A DNA stretch of 64,000 bases from Halobacteriales archaeon QS_4_69_225 (GTDB lineage Archaea; Halobacteriota; Halobacteria; Halobacteriales; Haloarculaceae), in assembly GCA_003020965.1 (NCBI GenBank), contig PXRL01000023.1, positions 37,926 to 101,925 of the forward strand, written 5' to 3'. Below the pieces are notes generated by a model. It was not told the DNA's origin and made no database searches. It saw nothing but the letters and a program-made list of their open reading frames with translations. A program made the translations under genes and the position numbers. Positions 29,821 through 39,272 of the stretch are shown one piece after another. The first letter of the stretch is position 1, and each line of letters opens with the position of its first letter.

Positions 29821-29972
29821 GGGAGCCTGTTCGTTTGTCGATCCTAGGTCGATGGCGGTAGCAGGCGAACCGCCTCGGAGTCAAGTGGGACGAGAATCTT
29901 CGATTTCCGTACGACCCCGAGGCACTCGGCCTGCCCCGCACGTAGACGATTCTTTCGACGCCTGCATCTGGA

Positions 29973-30509
29973 TCATTCTTCAAAGCAATCCTCTCGAATA
30001 GCTTCACGGCCGTAGTCGGTCAACGATTCGAATGAACCATCCTGCGGAGTTTCGTCTGTGCCTCCGAACTGGGTCTTCTCTACGAGGCTCACGTCGTCAG
30101 GGGAGGCGGAAACGTCGAATTCAGTACACGCCTCGACCGGTTGTTCGAGGAAGTCCTGATCAGTTCGTATCTCGACCCAGTCCTCCTCGTCTTCGTCCGA
30201 CGAAGTATCCGCTATTGCTGGAATCGCAACACGGAGTTTCTCCCCTGAGTCCAGATCGGCCTCTCGAGTGAGGAGGAGAGACGGCATCGCTCCATCATCA
30301 CCCCGCATGGCCTTTACTTCGACTGAAATCGCGCGTTCCGCAGTGACCGTTAGCAATCCTGAACTATAGCGAGAGATCCACGCAGGCGAGGTAGGGGTCG
30401 GTGCCGACGAACTGCTCTGATTTTCGGTGTCCGGGCTGGTCGCGCCCGGACACCCCGAGATGGAAGCGACACCGCCCCCAACTAGCGCCAGTAATTCTCG
30501 TCGATTCAT
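29973..30509 (-). CDS. Tat lipoprotein of unknown function in a lower-GC patch; possibly truncated
   Basis: MNRRELL twin-Arg signal plus ISGC lipobox; atypical codon usage. Confidence 0.6.
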   Translation of the reverse strand: MNRRELLALVGGGVASISGCPGATSPDTENQSSSSAPTPTSPAWISRYSSGLLTVTAERAISVEVKAMRGDDGAMPSLLLTREADLDSGEKLRVAIPAIADTSSDEDEEDWVEIRTDQDFLEQPVEACTEFDVSASPDDVSLVEKTQFGGTDETPQDGSFESLTDYGREAIREDCFEE

Positions 30510-30563
30510 AATTATTTACACGAATTAATCCGATCGTTCAAAACACATGGTAATTCTTCGGGC

Positions 30564-32147
30564 TCACCGCATCCCGGGGATCCTGCGCTGGAGCTTCAGC
30601 GCTCCGTTCATGACCTTCGCGTACAGCCAGTACGGCATCCCCGGCGGAGCGTCCATCGCAAGGCGCTTCTGGACGGCGACGGTCTGGGGCTCGGTGTACT
30701 TCATCAGGCCGTGTTCGCCGTGGCGGCGCCCGATGCCGGAGTCCTTCACCCCGCCCATCGGCGCGTCCAGCGCCACCCAGGCGGCGGCGTAGGACTCGTT
30801 GATGTTGACCGTGCCGGTCTCGATACGCGTCGCCATCTCCTTGCCGCGGTCGACGTCGTCCGTCCAGATCGAGGCGTTCAGCCCGTAGTCGGAGTCGTTG
30901 GCCTGCTCGACGACGTCGTCGGTGTCCCTCCACTCGTAGACGCCGACGACGGGGCCGAACGTCTCCTCGGTACACAGCGCCATCGACTCGTCGACGTCGG
31001 TCAGGACGGTCGGCTCGTAGAAGTACGGCCCCAGGTCGGGGCGGGCGGTGCCGCCGGTCAGCACCGTCGCGCCCTCGGCTTTTGCCTCCTCAACGTGGTC
31101 GGTCACCTTCTCCAGCTGTTGTTCGGAGACGAGACTCCCCATGTCGACGTCGTGGCTGTAGTCGGTGCCGAGCCGCATCGATTCGACGGCGTCGACGAAC
31201 CGCTCGAGGAACCGGTCGTAGACGTCCTCGTGGACGTACAGCCGCTCCAGGGAGATGCACAACTGGCCGGCGTTGGTGAAACAGCCCCGGATGAGCCCCT
31301 CGACGGCCCGGTCGACGTCGGCGTCGGCGCAGACGATTCCGGGATTCTTGCCGCCCAACTCCAGCGAACAGTCGGTGAGGTGCTGGCCGGCCTGGCCGGC
31401 GACGATGCGGCCCGTCGCGCCCGAGCCCGTGAAGCAGACGTAGTCGGCATCGGCCACGAGCGGCTCGCCCAGCGGCTCCCCGAAGCCGGTAACCACCTGG
31501 AAGGCGTCCCGCGGCAGGCCGGCTTCCCGGAGCAGTTCGACGGCCTTCAGCGCGGTGTAGGAGGTCTGTTCGGCCGGCTTGAGCACGACGCTGTTGCCCG
31601 CCAAGAGCGCGGGAATCGCGTCGGAGACCGCCAGCGACAGGGGGTAGTTCCACGGCGAGATGATGCCGACGACGCCGACGGGGTGGTGGTGGACGGTCGT
31701 CTCGGTCAGCCCCGGGACGGCGGCCTCGCGGGACTCGCTTTCGAGGTAGTCGGCCGCTCGGTAGGCGTAGTGGCGGGCGGTGATGGCCACGTCGAGCACC
31801 TCCTCGTAGGCGTGTCGACGGGCCTTGCCGCTTTCGGCCTGGATGAGATCCAGCAGTTCCTCGCAGTGCTCGATGACCAGGTCGTGGTAGCGCTTGAACA
31901 CCGCGGCGCGCTCCTCGACGGAGCGGTCGGCCCACGCCGTCTGTGCGTGGTCGGCCCGGACGAAGGCCTCCTCGACGTCGTCGGGGTCGCAGGCCGGAAG
32001 CTGGCCGATGACCGCGCCGCTGAACGGCGTTTCGACGTCGAACCGTTCCTCCCGGGGCCCGGCCGTCGTCACGTACGACTCCAGCCCCGCCAGCAGGTCG
32101 GTCTCGACCGATAGCTCGCTCTCGGCGACGGTTTCGGAGACTGTCAT
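30564..32147 (-). CDS. Succinate-semialdehyde dehydrogenase-like aldehyde dehydrogenase
   Basis: ISPWNYP, LKPAEQT, FTGS, LELGGKNP, FTNAGQLC, EETFGP. Confidence 0.92.
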   Translation of the reverse strand: MTVSETVAESELSVETDLLAGLESYVTTAGPREERFDVETPFSGAVIGQLPACDPDDVEEAFVRADHAQTAWADRSVEERAAVFKRYHDLVIEHCEELLDLIQAESGKARRHAYEEVLDVAITARHYAYRAADYLESESREAAVPGLTETTVHHHPVGVVGIISPWNYPLSLAVSDAIPALLAGNSVVLKPAEQTSYTALKAVELLREAGLPRDAFQVVTGFGEPLGEPLVADADYVCFTGSGATGRIVAGQAGQHLTDCSLELGGKNPGIVCADADVDRAVEGLIRGCFTNAGQLCISLERLYVHEDVYDRFLERFVDAVESMRLGTDYSHDVDMGSLVSEQQLEKVTDHVEEAKAEGATVLTGGTARPDLGPYFYEPTVLTDVDESMALCTEETFGPVVGVYEWRDTDDVVEQANDSDYGLNASIWTDDVDRGKEMATRIETGTVNINESYAAAWVALDAPMGGVKDSGIGRRHGEHGLMKYTEPQTVAVQKRLAMDAPPGMPYWLYAKVMNGALKLQRRIPGMR

Positions 32148-32260
32148 ACCCCGAGATTGGCGCCACACCGTGTTAACGGTACGGGAACCACCGAAAACGA
32201 CGCGATCGTTTCGGTTGAAGTTGGATGGCAGCGGCCGTCACGGTAGGGAGACGACCCGCG

Positions 32261-33214
32261 TCAGTGGATGCCGAGCGCCTCGATCTGCTCCTGGTACCGA
32301 TTGCGAATGGTCACCTCGGTCACCTGCGCGACGTCGGCGACTTCTCGCTGGGTCTTCTTCTCGTTGCACAGCAGCGACGCGGCGTAGATGGCCGCCGCCG
32401 CGTAGCCGGTCGGGGACTTCCCGGACAACATCCCCTTCTCGGCGGTCACCTCGATTATCTCGCGGGTCTTCTGTTCGACCTCCTCGCTGAGGCCGAGCTC
32501 CGAGCAGAACCGCGGCACGTACTGGACGGGGTCGACCGGCTCGAGCCCAAGCGACAGCTCTTGGGCGATGTAGCGGTAGGTGCGGCCGATCTCTTTCTGC
32601 TCGACGCGGGCCACCTCTGCGACCTCGTCGAGCGAGCGGGGGATGCCCTCCTGTCGACAGGCGGCGTACAGCGCGGCCGTGGCGACGCCTTCGATCGACC
32701 GCCCCCGGATGAGGTCGTCGTCGAGCGCCCGTCGGTAGATGACCGACGCCACCTCCCGAACGGAGCGAGGAACGCCCAGCGCCGACGACATCCGGTCGAT
32801 TTCGCTGAGCGCGAACTGGAGGTTGCGCTCGCCGGCGTCCTTGGTGCGGATGCGCTCCTGCCACTTCCGCAGGCGATGCATCTGCGAGCGTTTCTCGGAG
32901 GAGATGGACCGGCCGTAGGCATCCTTGTCCTTCCAGTCGATTTGGGTGGTCAGCCCCTTGTCGTGCATCGTCTGAGTGGTCGGCGCCCCCACCCGGGACT
33001 TCGACTGTCGCTCGGAGTGGTTGAACGCCCGCCACTCGGGGCCGCGGTCGATGTGTTCCTCCTCGATGACGAGCCCGCAGTCCTCGCAGACGAGTTCGCC
33101 CCCGTCGCCGCTTCTGACCAGCGAGTCCGACTCGCACTCCGGACAGCCCGTTTCCTCCTCGCTCTCGGTTTCGTCCTCGCTGGTGCGCTCTCGCTGGCGG
33201 GTGGGCCCTGGCAT
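32261..33214 (-). CDS. tfb: Transcription initiation factor IIB
   Basis: CPEC..CEDCG Zn ribbon, [24 protein letters not shown], two cyclin repeats. Confidence 0.97.
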   Translation of the reverse strand: MPGPTRQRERTSEDETESEEETGCPECESDSLVRSGDGGELVCEDCGLVIEEEHIDRGPEWRAFNHSERQSKSRVGAPTTQTMHDKGLTTQIDWKDKDAYGRSISSEKRSQMHRLRKWQERIRTKDAGERNLQFALSEIDRMSSALGVPRSVREVASVIYRRALDDDLIRGRSIEGVATAALYAACRQEGIPRSLDEVAEVARVEQKEIGRTYRYIAQELSLGLEPVDPVQYVPRFCSELGLSEEVEQKTREIIEVTAEKGMLSGKSPTGYAAAAIYAASLLCNEKKTQREVADVAQVTEVTIRNRYQEQIEALGIH

Positions 33215-33770
33215 TATGCTTATATGGTTTGCCTACTCCACATATAAATGCTTTGCACCGACGGGTTCTTGCCGAGTCGAGGCCGAGCGGCGCCGGCCGC
33301 AACTGAGCGCCGCGGAGCCTCGACCCGGCCCGTTATTTGGACGGCGCGTAAAGAAGGGGTCACCGCACCGGCGTCGTCGCGCGCCCCCGGTAGACGGCCG
33401 AAGACGGCATTTTGCCGCCGTTTCAGCACGGCGGTCAGACGGGCGCTGCCGGCGAAGAAGTCGACCGGCGCCAGCGCCGGCGCCGCCGCCAGCAGCCGTA
33501 GCAGTGCGAAGCCGGCGATCACGCCGGCCGCGAGCACGCTCGGCGGCGGACCGCCGGGGAGTCGTCTGTCGGACGGTACGGTCACATCCGTGAGTCACGG
33601 GGCGTGTCGCCCCAGGGTTCCGCCGGGAGTCGGACCCGCGTGGCCCCGCCGGCACGGACCCGTCGTACCGGCTGCTGTGAGTTCCCTCGCGGGGCGCCGG
33701 CGATGTTGCCGCCGGGCACCACGCTACCGCGCCGGGTCGACGCGGCGGTGACGAACCACAGCAGTCGATA

Positions 33771-34034
33771 TCAGTCGACCGCCGCCTCGAGGACGCCGAA
33801 GCCGCTCCGGAGCCGCGCGGCCGGGTCGTCGACGTCGCCGCCGAAGTCGACCGTCACCCGGGCGTCGACGTACAGGTCTAAAGCGTCCGGGCGGACGCTC
33901 TCGAGGTCGTGGACCTCGACGTCGTCGACGCCGGCGACGTCACCGACGACGCCGCGGACGCCGCCGGCCACGTCGCCGGCGGCACCGCGAGGCACTCGGA
34001 CCGAGACGGTCAGCCTGTGGACTGGATCGAGCAT
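33771..34034 (-). CDS. Small hypothetical protein (87 aa)
   Basis: MLDPVHRLTVSVRVPRGAAGD...VRPDALDLYVDA...LRSGFGV; typical codon usage. Confidence 0.65.
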   Translation of the reverse strand: MLDPVHRLTVSVRVPRGAAGDVAGGVRGVVGDVAGVDDVEVHDLESVRPDALDLYVDARVTVDFGGDVDDPAARLRSGFGVLEAAVD

Positions 34035-34036
34035 AC

Positions 34037-34093
34037 GCCCCCCGGCGGGAGTCGAACCCGCGTCGCGTGGCGATACCGGCGGCTGTCGGGGGG
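34037..34093 (-). ncRNA. tRNA-like element (acceptor stem plus T-arm, no anticodon arm)
   Basis: CCCCCCG-25 nt-GCGGG TTCGACT CCCGC-CGGGGGG-C: perfect 7-bp and 5-bp stems with a canonical T-loop. Confidence 0.65.
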
Positions 34094-34253
34094 AGTCGTC
34101 ACTCGGCGACGCGCGGACCCGTCCGGACGACGCGAACGACGACCGGACGGCTCGGCTGTTGGGTGTCGGCGGCGCAGGAAGGCGGGGCGCGCCCACGGGG
34201 CGGGACCCTCCGACGGCCGGAGGATACCGTCGCGCCGCCGAACCGGGAGCCGG

Positions 34254-34361
34254 TTACGCGGCGCGAATCGCGAGCGCGATGGAGGCGGTCGACCACCCGT
34301 TCGCCCCCGCGACGCACCGCTCGATGGCGGCCGAATACGTCGGGGTGAGAGTGGTGGTCAT
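34254..34361 (-). CDS. Putative leader peptide (35 aa)
   Basis: MTTTLTPTYSAAIERCVAGANGWSTASIALAIRAA* starts just downstream of a TATA-like box. Confidence 0.35.
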   Translation of the reverse strand: MTTTLTPTYSAAIERCVAGANGWSTASIALAIRAA

Positions 34362-34381
34362 GCCAATGGCCTCCGTTCGGC

Positions 34382-34408
34382 TTGCAGTTGCAATCGGGTC
34401 CGTATTAA
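34382..34408 (-). promoter_or_regulatory. TATA-like TTAATAC followed by palindrome TTGCAACTGCAA (putative operator)
   Basis: Minus strand: GGTTAATACGGACCCGATTGCAACTGCAAG. Confidence 0.45.
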
Positions 34409-34769
34409 CCGTTGTGCCGGCTCGTGAGACGCTCACATGCCGATCTCCGTCCGACGGTGTACGGACCCGTCGCGGAGTGAACAGCTCCGCGGCCGCGGGC
34501 GCCCGCGGTGCTACATCCCGTCGGTGCCGACGACCGCCTCGCGGCCGACCGCCGCGACGTCGTCGTGAGCCCGCTCGTCTCCGACCGACAGTATTGCTGC
34601 CTTCGGCTCCTCGTACGACGGGAGACGTCGAGCGTGGCGCCGGCGTCCCCCTCGGTGAACACCCCGACCGGCCGGTCGCGGCCCCGGCCGTCGCTCGTGC
34701 GGCAGGTCTCGGCAGACGCCCGCTCATCCCGTGGCGGGGAGTCAAGTGGCCGGCCGCCGAGGAACGGCC

Positions 34770-35561
34770 GTGGAGTCGTACCGCCTGCCGCACGTCGACG
34801 ACGTCGGGCCCTTCGAGTCCGGGCACCTCTGGGTGCAGGAGCTGATCGACGGCGGCCGGCTCCGGTTTCGGCTCCGCTCGTCCGGTCGCCTGGAGTTCGG
34901 CGACGACCGACGCACCTTCGAGACGGTTCCGCCGCGGTACCGTAGCGCCGTCCGACACGTCCGGGAGACGCTCGACCGCGGGGCGCTGCGGGCCGCCGTC
35001 GACGACGTCGAGACGGTCACCTTCGTCGCCGAGGCCACCTACCGGCGAGCCGTCCCGTACGACCTCGCGGAGACGCCGCCGGCGCTCGGGCTGGCCGTCC
35101 TGGAGGCGGGGACGCCGCTGTCGCCGGACGCCGTCGAGGGGGTCTACGGCCGGCTGGGGCTGGAAACGGTCCCCGTCGTCGACCGCGAGGTCCGGGCGGC
35201 CGACTTCGACGCCGATTCCGGCGCGGTTCCGGAGTCGGCGTGGTACGACGGCCCCGCGGCCGGCATCGTCGTCCGGAACAAGACCGGCGACCGGGCGAGG
35301 CTCCCGAACCCGGAGCTGGAGCTCGATTACGACCCCGAGCCGTTCGAGGCCGACGCCGCGACGCTGGCCGAGCGGCTCGCGACCGACGAGCTCCTGGAGC
35401 GGGTCGCCGACGGCCCGGAGGCCTTCGAGCGGGTCTTCGAGGCGGTGCTCCGTCGACACCACGGCCGGCTGCTGCACCGGGAGACGGCCGTCGACCGCGA
35501 GACGCTCCGGTCGGCCGTCGGCCGCCGCGTCCGGGAGTGGCACGACGGGAACCCGAGTTGA
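34770..35561 (+). CDS. RNA ligase (Rnl2-like) family protein, motif I Lys replaced
   Basis: GHLWVQELIDG (expected ExKxDG), LGLETVPVV, SAWYDGPAAGIVVRNKTG. Confidence 0.7.
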   Translation: MESYRLPHVDDVGPFESGHLWVQELIDGGRLRFRLRSSGRLEFGDDRRTFETVPPRYRSAVRHVRETLDRGALRAAVDDVETVTFVAEATYRRAVPYDLAETPPALGLAVLEAGTPLSPDAVEGVYGRLGLETVPVVDREVRAADFDADSGAVPESAWYDGPAAGIVVRNKTGDRARLPNPELELDYDPEPFEADAATLAERLATDELLERVADGPEAFERVFEAVLRRHHGRLLHRETAVDRETLRSAVGRRVREWHDGNPS

Positions 35562-35646
35562 ATACGTCTGAATAGACGGTGGAACGATTAGGCTCCGGCC
35601 CCGAATCCGGGTCGATGACGCGACGACTTGCCCGATATGGGGTGAT

Positions 35647-37359
35647 ATGCCCGTGACCGACGAGCCGGAGCTGACGCGGCGGCGGCTGCTCGCGCTGTCG
35701 ACGGCGACCGCCGGCGGGGCGGCGTTTGGCGTCGGCGCCGTCGCCGCCGAGGAGGACCGCTCGCGGCGCGACGACACCGTCGAGAGCCACGACGGGACGG
35801 AACTGGCGCTGACGGTCTACCGGCCGGCTGGCGCCGCCGCCGACGAGCCGGTCCCGATGATACTGCACTCCCACGGCTGGTCGGGGTCGCGGACCTCGGC
35901 GGCGGGGGCCTTCGGCCGGGAGCTGGAGGCCGGCTTCGGCGTCCTGAGCTTCGACCAGCGGGGCCACGGCGAGTCCGGCGGCCAGGCCCACGTCCAGAAC
36001 CCCGCCCTGGAGGGCCGGGACGTCGTCGAGATACTGGACTACGTCGAGGCCCTCGAGTGGGTGGCCGACGACCGCGGCGATCCGACGGTGTTCGCGATGG
36101 GCGGCAGCTACGGCGGCGCCTACCAGCTCGTCGGCGCCCTCACCGAGACCGCGCTGACGGGCCGGACCCGATTCGACGGCCTGGCCCCACAGATAACCTG
36201 GTTCGACCTGAGCGAGTCGCTCGCGCCCGAAGGGGTCGTCCGCAGCGCGTGGGTGTCGGCGCTGTACGCCGCCGGCGCCGCGAACGTCCCCGAGTTCGTC
36301 CACCGGGCGTTCCTCTACGAGAGCGCGACCGGCCGGTGGCCGGACGGCGACGACCCCGCCGAGCCCGACCTGGACTCGCGGTTCTACCGGAACGGCCCCA
36401 GCGGCTTCCTCGACCCGCAGGACGGCTTCTGCCGGCGGCGGGTCCGCCTCGGCGTCCCCGTCCTCTTCGGACAGGGAACCAGCGACAACCTGTTCAACCT
36501 CAACCAGGCCTGGAAGAACTTCGAGCGGGCGCTCGCCGAGCCGGCCCGGCGCCGGAGCGCGGTCGTCGCCTACAACGGTGGCCACGCCCTGCCGAACGCT
36601 CTGCCGCCGGGGCAGCTCAATTTCGACGACGCCTGCTCGCCGGACGGCGACTTCGGCGACCTGCGGCTCCGGTTCTTCCGGGCGGTGTTGGACGGCGGCG
36701 GCGCCCGCGACGTCGTCGGGTCGCCGTACAGCCTGACGACGGCGGACGGCAGCCGGTGTCTCGCCCTGGAGACCCTCTCCGACCGGGAGACGCTGGCGGC
36801 GGGCGTCGACCTGGAACTCGCCCACGACGGCGACGGCCGGCTGTCCGTCGAGCGGGCCGCCGGCCTCGACGGCCGGACGCTCGCCCGGACCGAAGGCTTC
36901 CCCGGCAAGTACGACCCCGCGACTGCGACCGCGGCCGCGGCCGTGACCGAGACCGAGACCGAGGGCGGAAGCGTCGCGACCCCGACGGGCGCCGGCGCCC
37001 CGGTCCACCTCGAGCTGGCCGACGGGCCGCTGACCGTCGGCGGCGTGCCGACCCTCTCGGCGACCGTCACGACCGTCGGCGTCGACCAGCGGGTCTTCTT
37101 CGCGCTGTCGGTCGGCGAGTCGCCCGCGACCGCCCGGGTCGTCCAGAACAACATGCTGCCGCTCCGGGAATCCGAACCGGTGGTCGGTGCCGACCGCACC
37201 GTCGAACTCCCCGGCGTCGCCGTCGACGTCGCCGACGGCGAGCGGCTGTATCTCACCGTCTCGGCCGTCTCCGACATGTCCTTCGCCCACGGATCGACCC
37301 GGACGCCCGGCGCCGTGGCGCTCGAGGACCTGTCGGTCGGCGTGCCGACCGTCGAGTAG
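35647..37359 (+). CDS. Tat-exported CocE/NonD (peptidase S15-like) hydrolase
   Basis: LTRRRLL signal; SHDGTELALTVYRP; DQRGHGESGG; GGSYGG nucleophile motif. Confidence 0.85.
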   Translation: MPVTDEPELTRRRLLALSTATAGGAAFGVGAVAAEEDRSRRDDTVESHDGTELALTVYRPAGAAADEPVPMILHSHGWSGSRTSAAGAFGRELEAGFGVLSFDQRGHGESGGQAHVQNPALEGRDVVEILDYVEALEWVADDRGDPTVFAMGGSYGGAYQLVGALTETALTGRTRFDGLAPQITWFDLSESLAPEGVVRSAWVSALYAAGAANVPEFVHRAFLYESATGRWPDGDDPAEPDLDSRFYRNGPSGFLDPQDGFCRRRVRLGVPVLFGQGTSDNLFNLNQAWKNFERALAEPARRRSAVVAYNGGHALPNALPPGQLNFDDACSPDGDFGDLRLRFFRAVLDGGGARDVVGSPYSLTTADGSRCLALETLSDRETLAAGVDLELAHDGDGRLSVERAAGLDGRTLARTEGFPGKYDPATATAAAAVTETETEGGSVATPTGAGAPVHLELADGPLTVGGVPTLSATVTTVGVDQRVFFALSVGESPATARVVQNNMLPLRESEPVVGADRTVELPGVAVDVADGERLYLTVSAVSDMSFAHGSTRTPGAVALEDLSVGVPTVE

Positions 37360-37611
37360 TCAGCCGGCGAGTTCGAACCACCCGACGCCGCAGGCCGTCG
37401 CGGCGTGCTCCGAGGTACTCGACGATTCGGGGGGGCCCGACGGGTGCATCGTCCCGCCGGACGACCGCGCGGGACGCTATCACGGCCACACAATCCTTTT
37501 GACCGGTCGGTCAGCTACGTACGGTGTGATGAGTCCTCCAGCCGCCGCCACGCCGGTCCCCGAGCGTAGCGGGTCGCCCTCCGCGCACGCGATGGTTCTC
37601 CAGGTGTATCG

Positions 37612-39093
37612 ATGAACCGGTCGTCGCTCCGGCGGGTCGCGGCGGCGCTGCGCGAGCGGGCCGGCGCCGTGTTCAAGAGCCGCGAGGAGTTCGACCTCAC
37701 GGAGGGTGACATCGCCCGGCCGCTGTTCTACCTCTCGCTGCCGATCGTCGTCACGAACCTGCTGCAGACGGCGTACAACCTGGTCGACACGATCTGGCTG
37801 GGCCGCTACAGCACGGAGGCGCTGGCGGCCATCAGCTTCGCGTTCCCGGTCGTCTTCTTCGTCATCTCGCTGGGGCTGGGCGTCGCCGTCGCCGGCAGCA
37901 TCCTCGTCGCCCAGAACGTCGGGGCGGGCGAGGAGGCCCGCGCGGAGTTCGCCGCCTCCCAGACGGTCGCGTTCGCGGTCGTCGGCTCGCTGCTTCTGGG
38001 CGCGTTCGGCTACCTCGCCGTCGGCGACATCCTCGCGTTTCTGGGCGCCTCCGGGGCGGTGCTGGACGGCGCGACCGCCTACCTCGAGATCGTCTCGCTC
38101 GGGATGGTGTTCGTGTTCGCGTTCTTCGTGTTCATGTCGCTGATGCGGGGGTACGGCGACACCATCACGCCGATGCTCGTGATGTTGGTGACGGTGGTGG
38201 TCAACCTCGTGTTGGACCCGTTTCTCATCTTCGGGTGGGGGCCGTTCCCCGAGTTGGGCGTCGTCGGCGCCGCCTACGCGACGGTGTTCTCGCGGGCGCT
38301 GGCGACCGTCATCGGCCTGGGCGTGATGTTCGGCGGCGTCCGGGGCGTCGAAATCCATCTCGCGCAGATGCGACCCGACCCCGGGTTCCTGCGGAGGCTG
38401 CTGCGGGTCGGCGTGCCGGCCTCCGTCGAGGGCACCGGCACCGCCGTCGCCGTCAATCTGATGTTGCTCATCGTCGGGGCGTTCCCGACGGCGGTGGTCG
38501 CGGCCTACGGCGTCGGCGTCCGGATGTTCTCGGTCATCTTCCTGCCGGCCATCGCGGTCGGCCGGGGCGTCGAGACGATGACCGGCCAGAACATCGGCGC
38601 CGACGAGGAGGATCGCGCCGCCACGACGACCGACTTCGCGGCCAAGGCCATGTTCGGCGTCCTCGCGGCCGTCGGGGTCGTCGTCTGGCTGCTGGCGGCC
38701 GACATCGTGGCGATCTTCTCCGACGACCCCGAGGTGGTTGAGGTCGGCCGGCTGTTCCTCCGGTACGTCGCGCCGACGTTCGGCTTCACCGGCGTCTTCC
38801 ACGCCTACAAGGGCGGCTTCCGGGGCGCCGGCCGCACCCTGACGGCCGCGGTCGTCTCCATCGCCGTCCTCGGGGCCATCCGGCTGCCGTTCGCGTGGGT
38901 CGCCTCCGGCCCGCTCGGCTACGAGGGAGTGTGGCTGGCGTTCACCGTCTCGAACGTCGCCGGCGCCGCGGTCGGCTACCTCTGGTACGCCCGGGGCCGG
39001 TGGCGCGGCGCCGACCTCACCGGGCCGGAGGCCCCGCCGGCCGGCGCCGGCGCCGGCGAGGTGGCCGACGCCGAGACGCCCGTCGACGACTGA
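37612..39093 (+). CDS. MATE family efflux transporter
   Basis: LQTAYNLVDTIWLG, RGYGDTITP, NLVLDPFLIFG, GVVGAAYAT. Confidence 0.95.
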   Translation: MNRSSLRRVAAALRERAGAVFKSREEFDLTEGDIARPLFYLSLPIVVTNLLQTAYNLVDTIWLGRYSTEALAAISFAFPVVFFVISLGLGVAVAGSILVAQNVGAGEEARAEFAASQTVAFAVVGSLLLGAFGYLAVGDILAFLGASGAVLDGATAYLEIVSLGMVFVFAFFVFMSLMRGYGDTITPMLVMLVTVVVNLVLDPFLIFGWGPFPELGVVGAAYATVFSRALATVIGLGVMFGGVRGVEIHLAQMRPDPGFLRRLLRVGVPASVEGTGTAVAVNLMLLIVGAFPTAVVAAYGVGVRMFSVIFLPAIAVGRGVETMTGQNIGADEEDRAATTTDFAAKAMFGVLAAVGVVVWLLAADIVAIFSDDPEVVEVGRLFLRYVAPTFGFTGVFHAYKGGFRGAGRTLTAAVVSIAVLGAIRLPFAWVASGPLGYEGVWLAFTVSNVAGAAVGYLWYARGRWRGADLTGPEAPPAGAGAGEVADAETPVDD

Positions 39094-39272
39094 CTGCGGT
39101 GTCGTTCGCCGGCGCGCCGACCCGCCGACCCGCCGGCGTGATCCCCGAGGCGAGAGCTTCCACGACTTCGACACGCCGGCCGACATCGACGCGCTCTTCG
39201 GGGCCGACGGGTAGGCCGAACCCGAAAGGGCTACTACGTGGGGCCGGAACGTTCCGGTAGAGTCACCTCGTC

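Noticed and set aside
33220-33585. 121-aa ORF upstream of tfb
   Set aside because: Basic composition atypical of haloarchaeal proteins, and it runs over the tfb promoter region.
34037-34093. Calling this element a true tRNA gene
   Set aside because: Only 25 nt lie between the acceptor and T stems, too short for D and anticodon arms. It is kept as a tRNA-like element instead.
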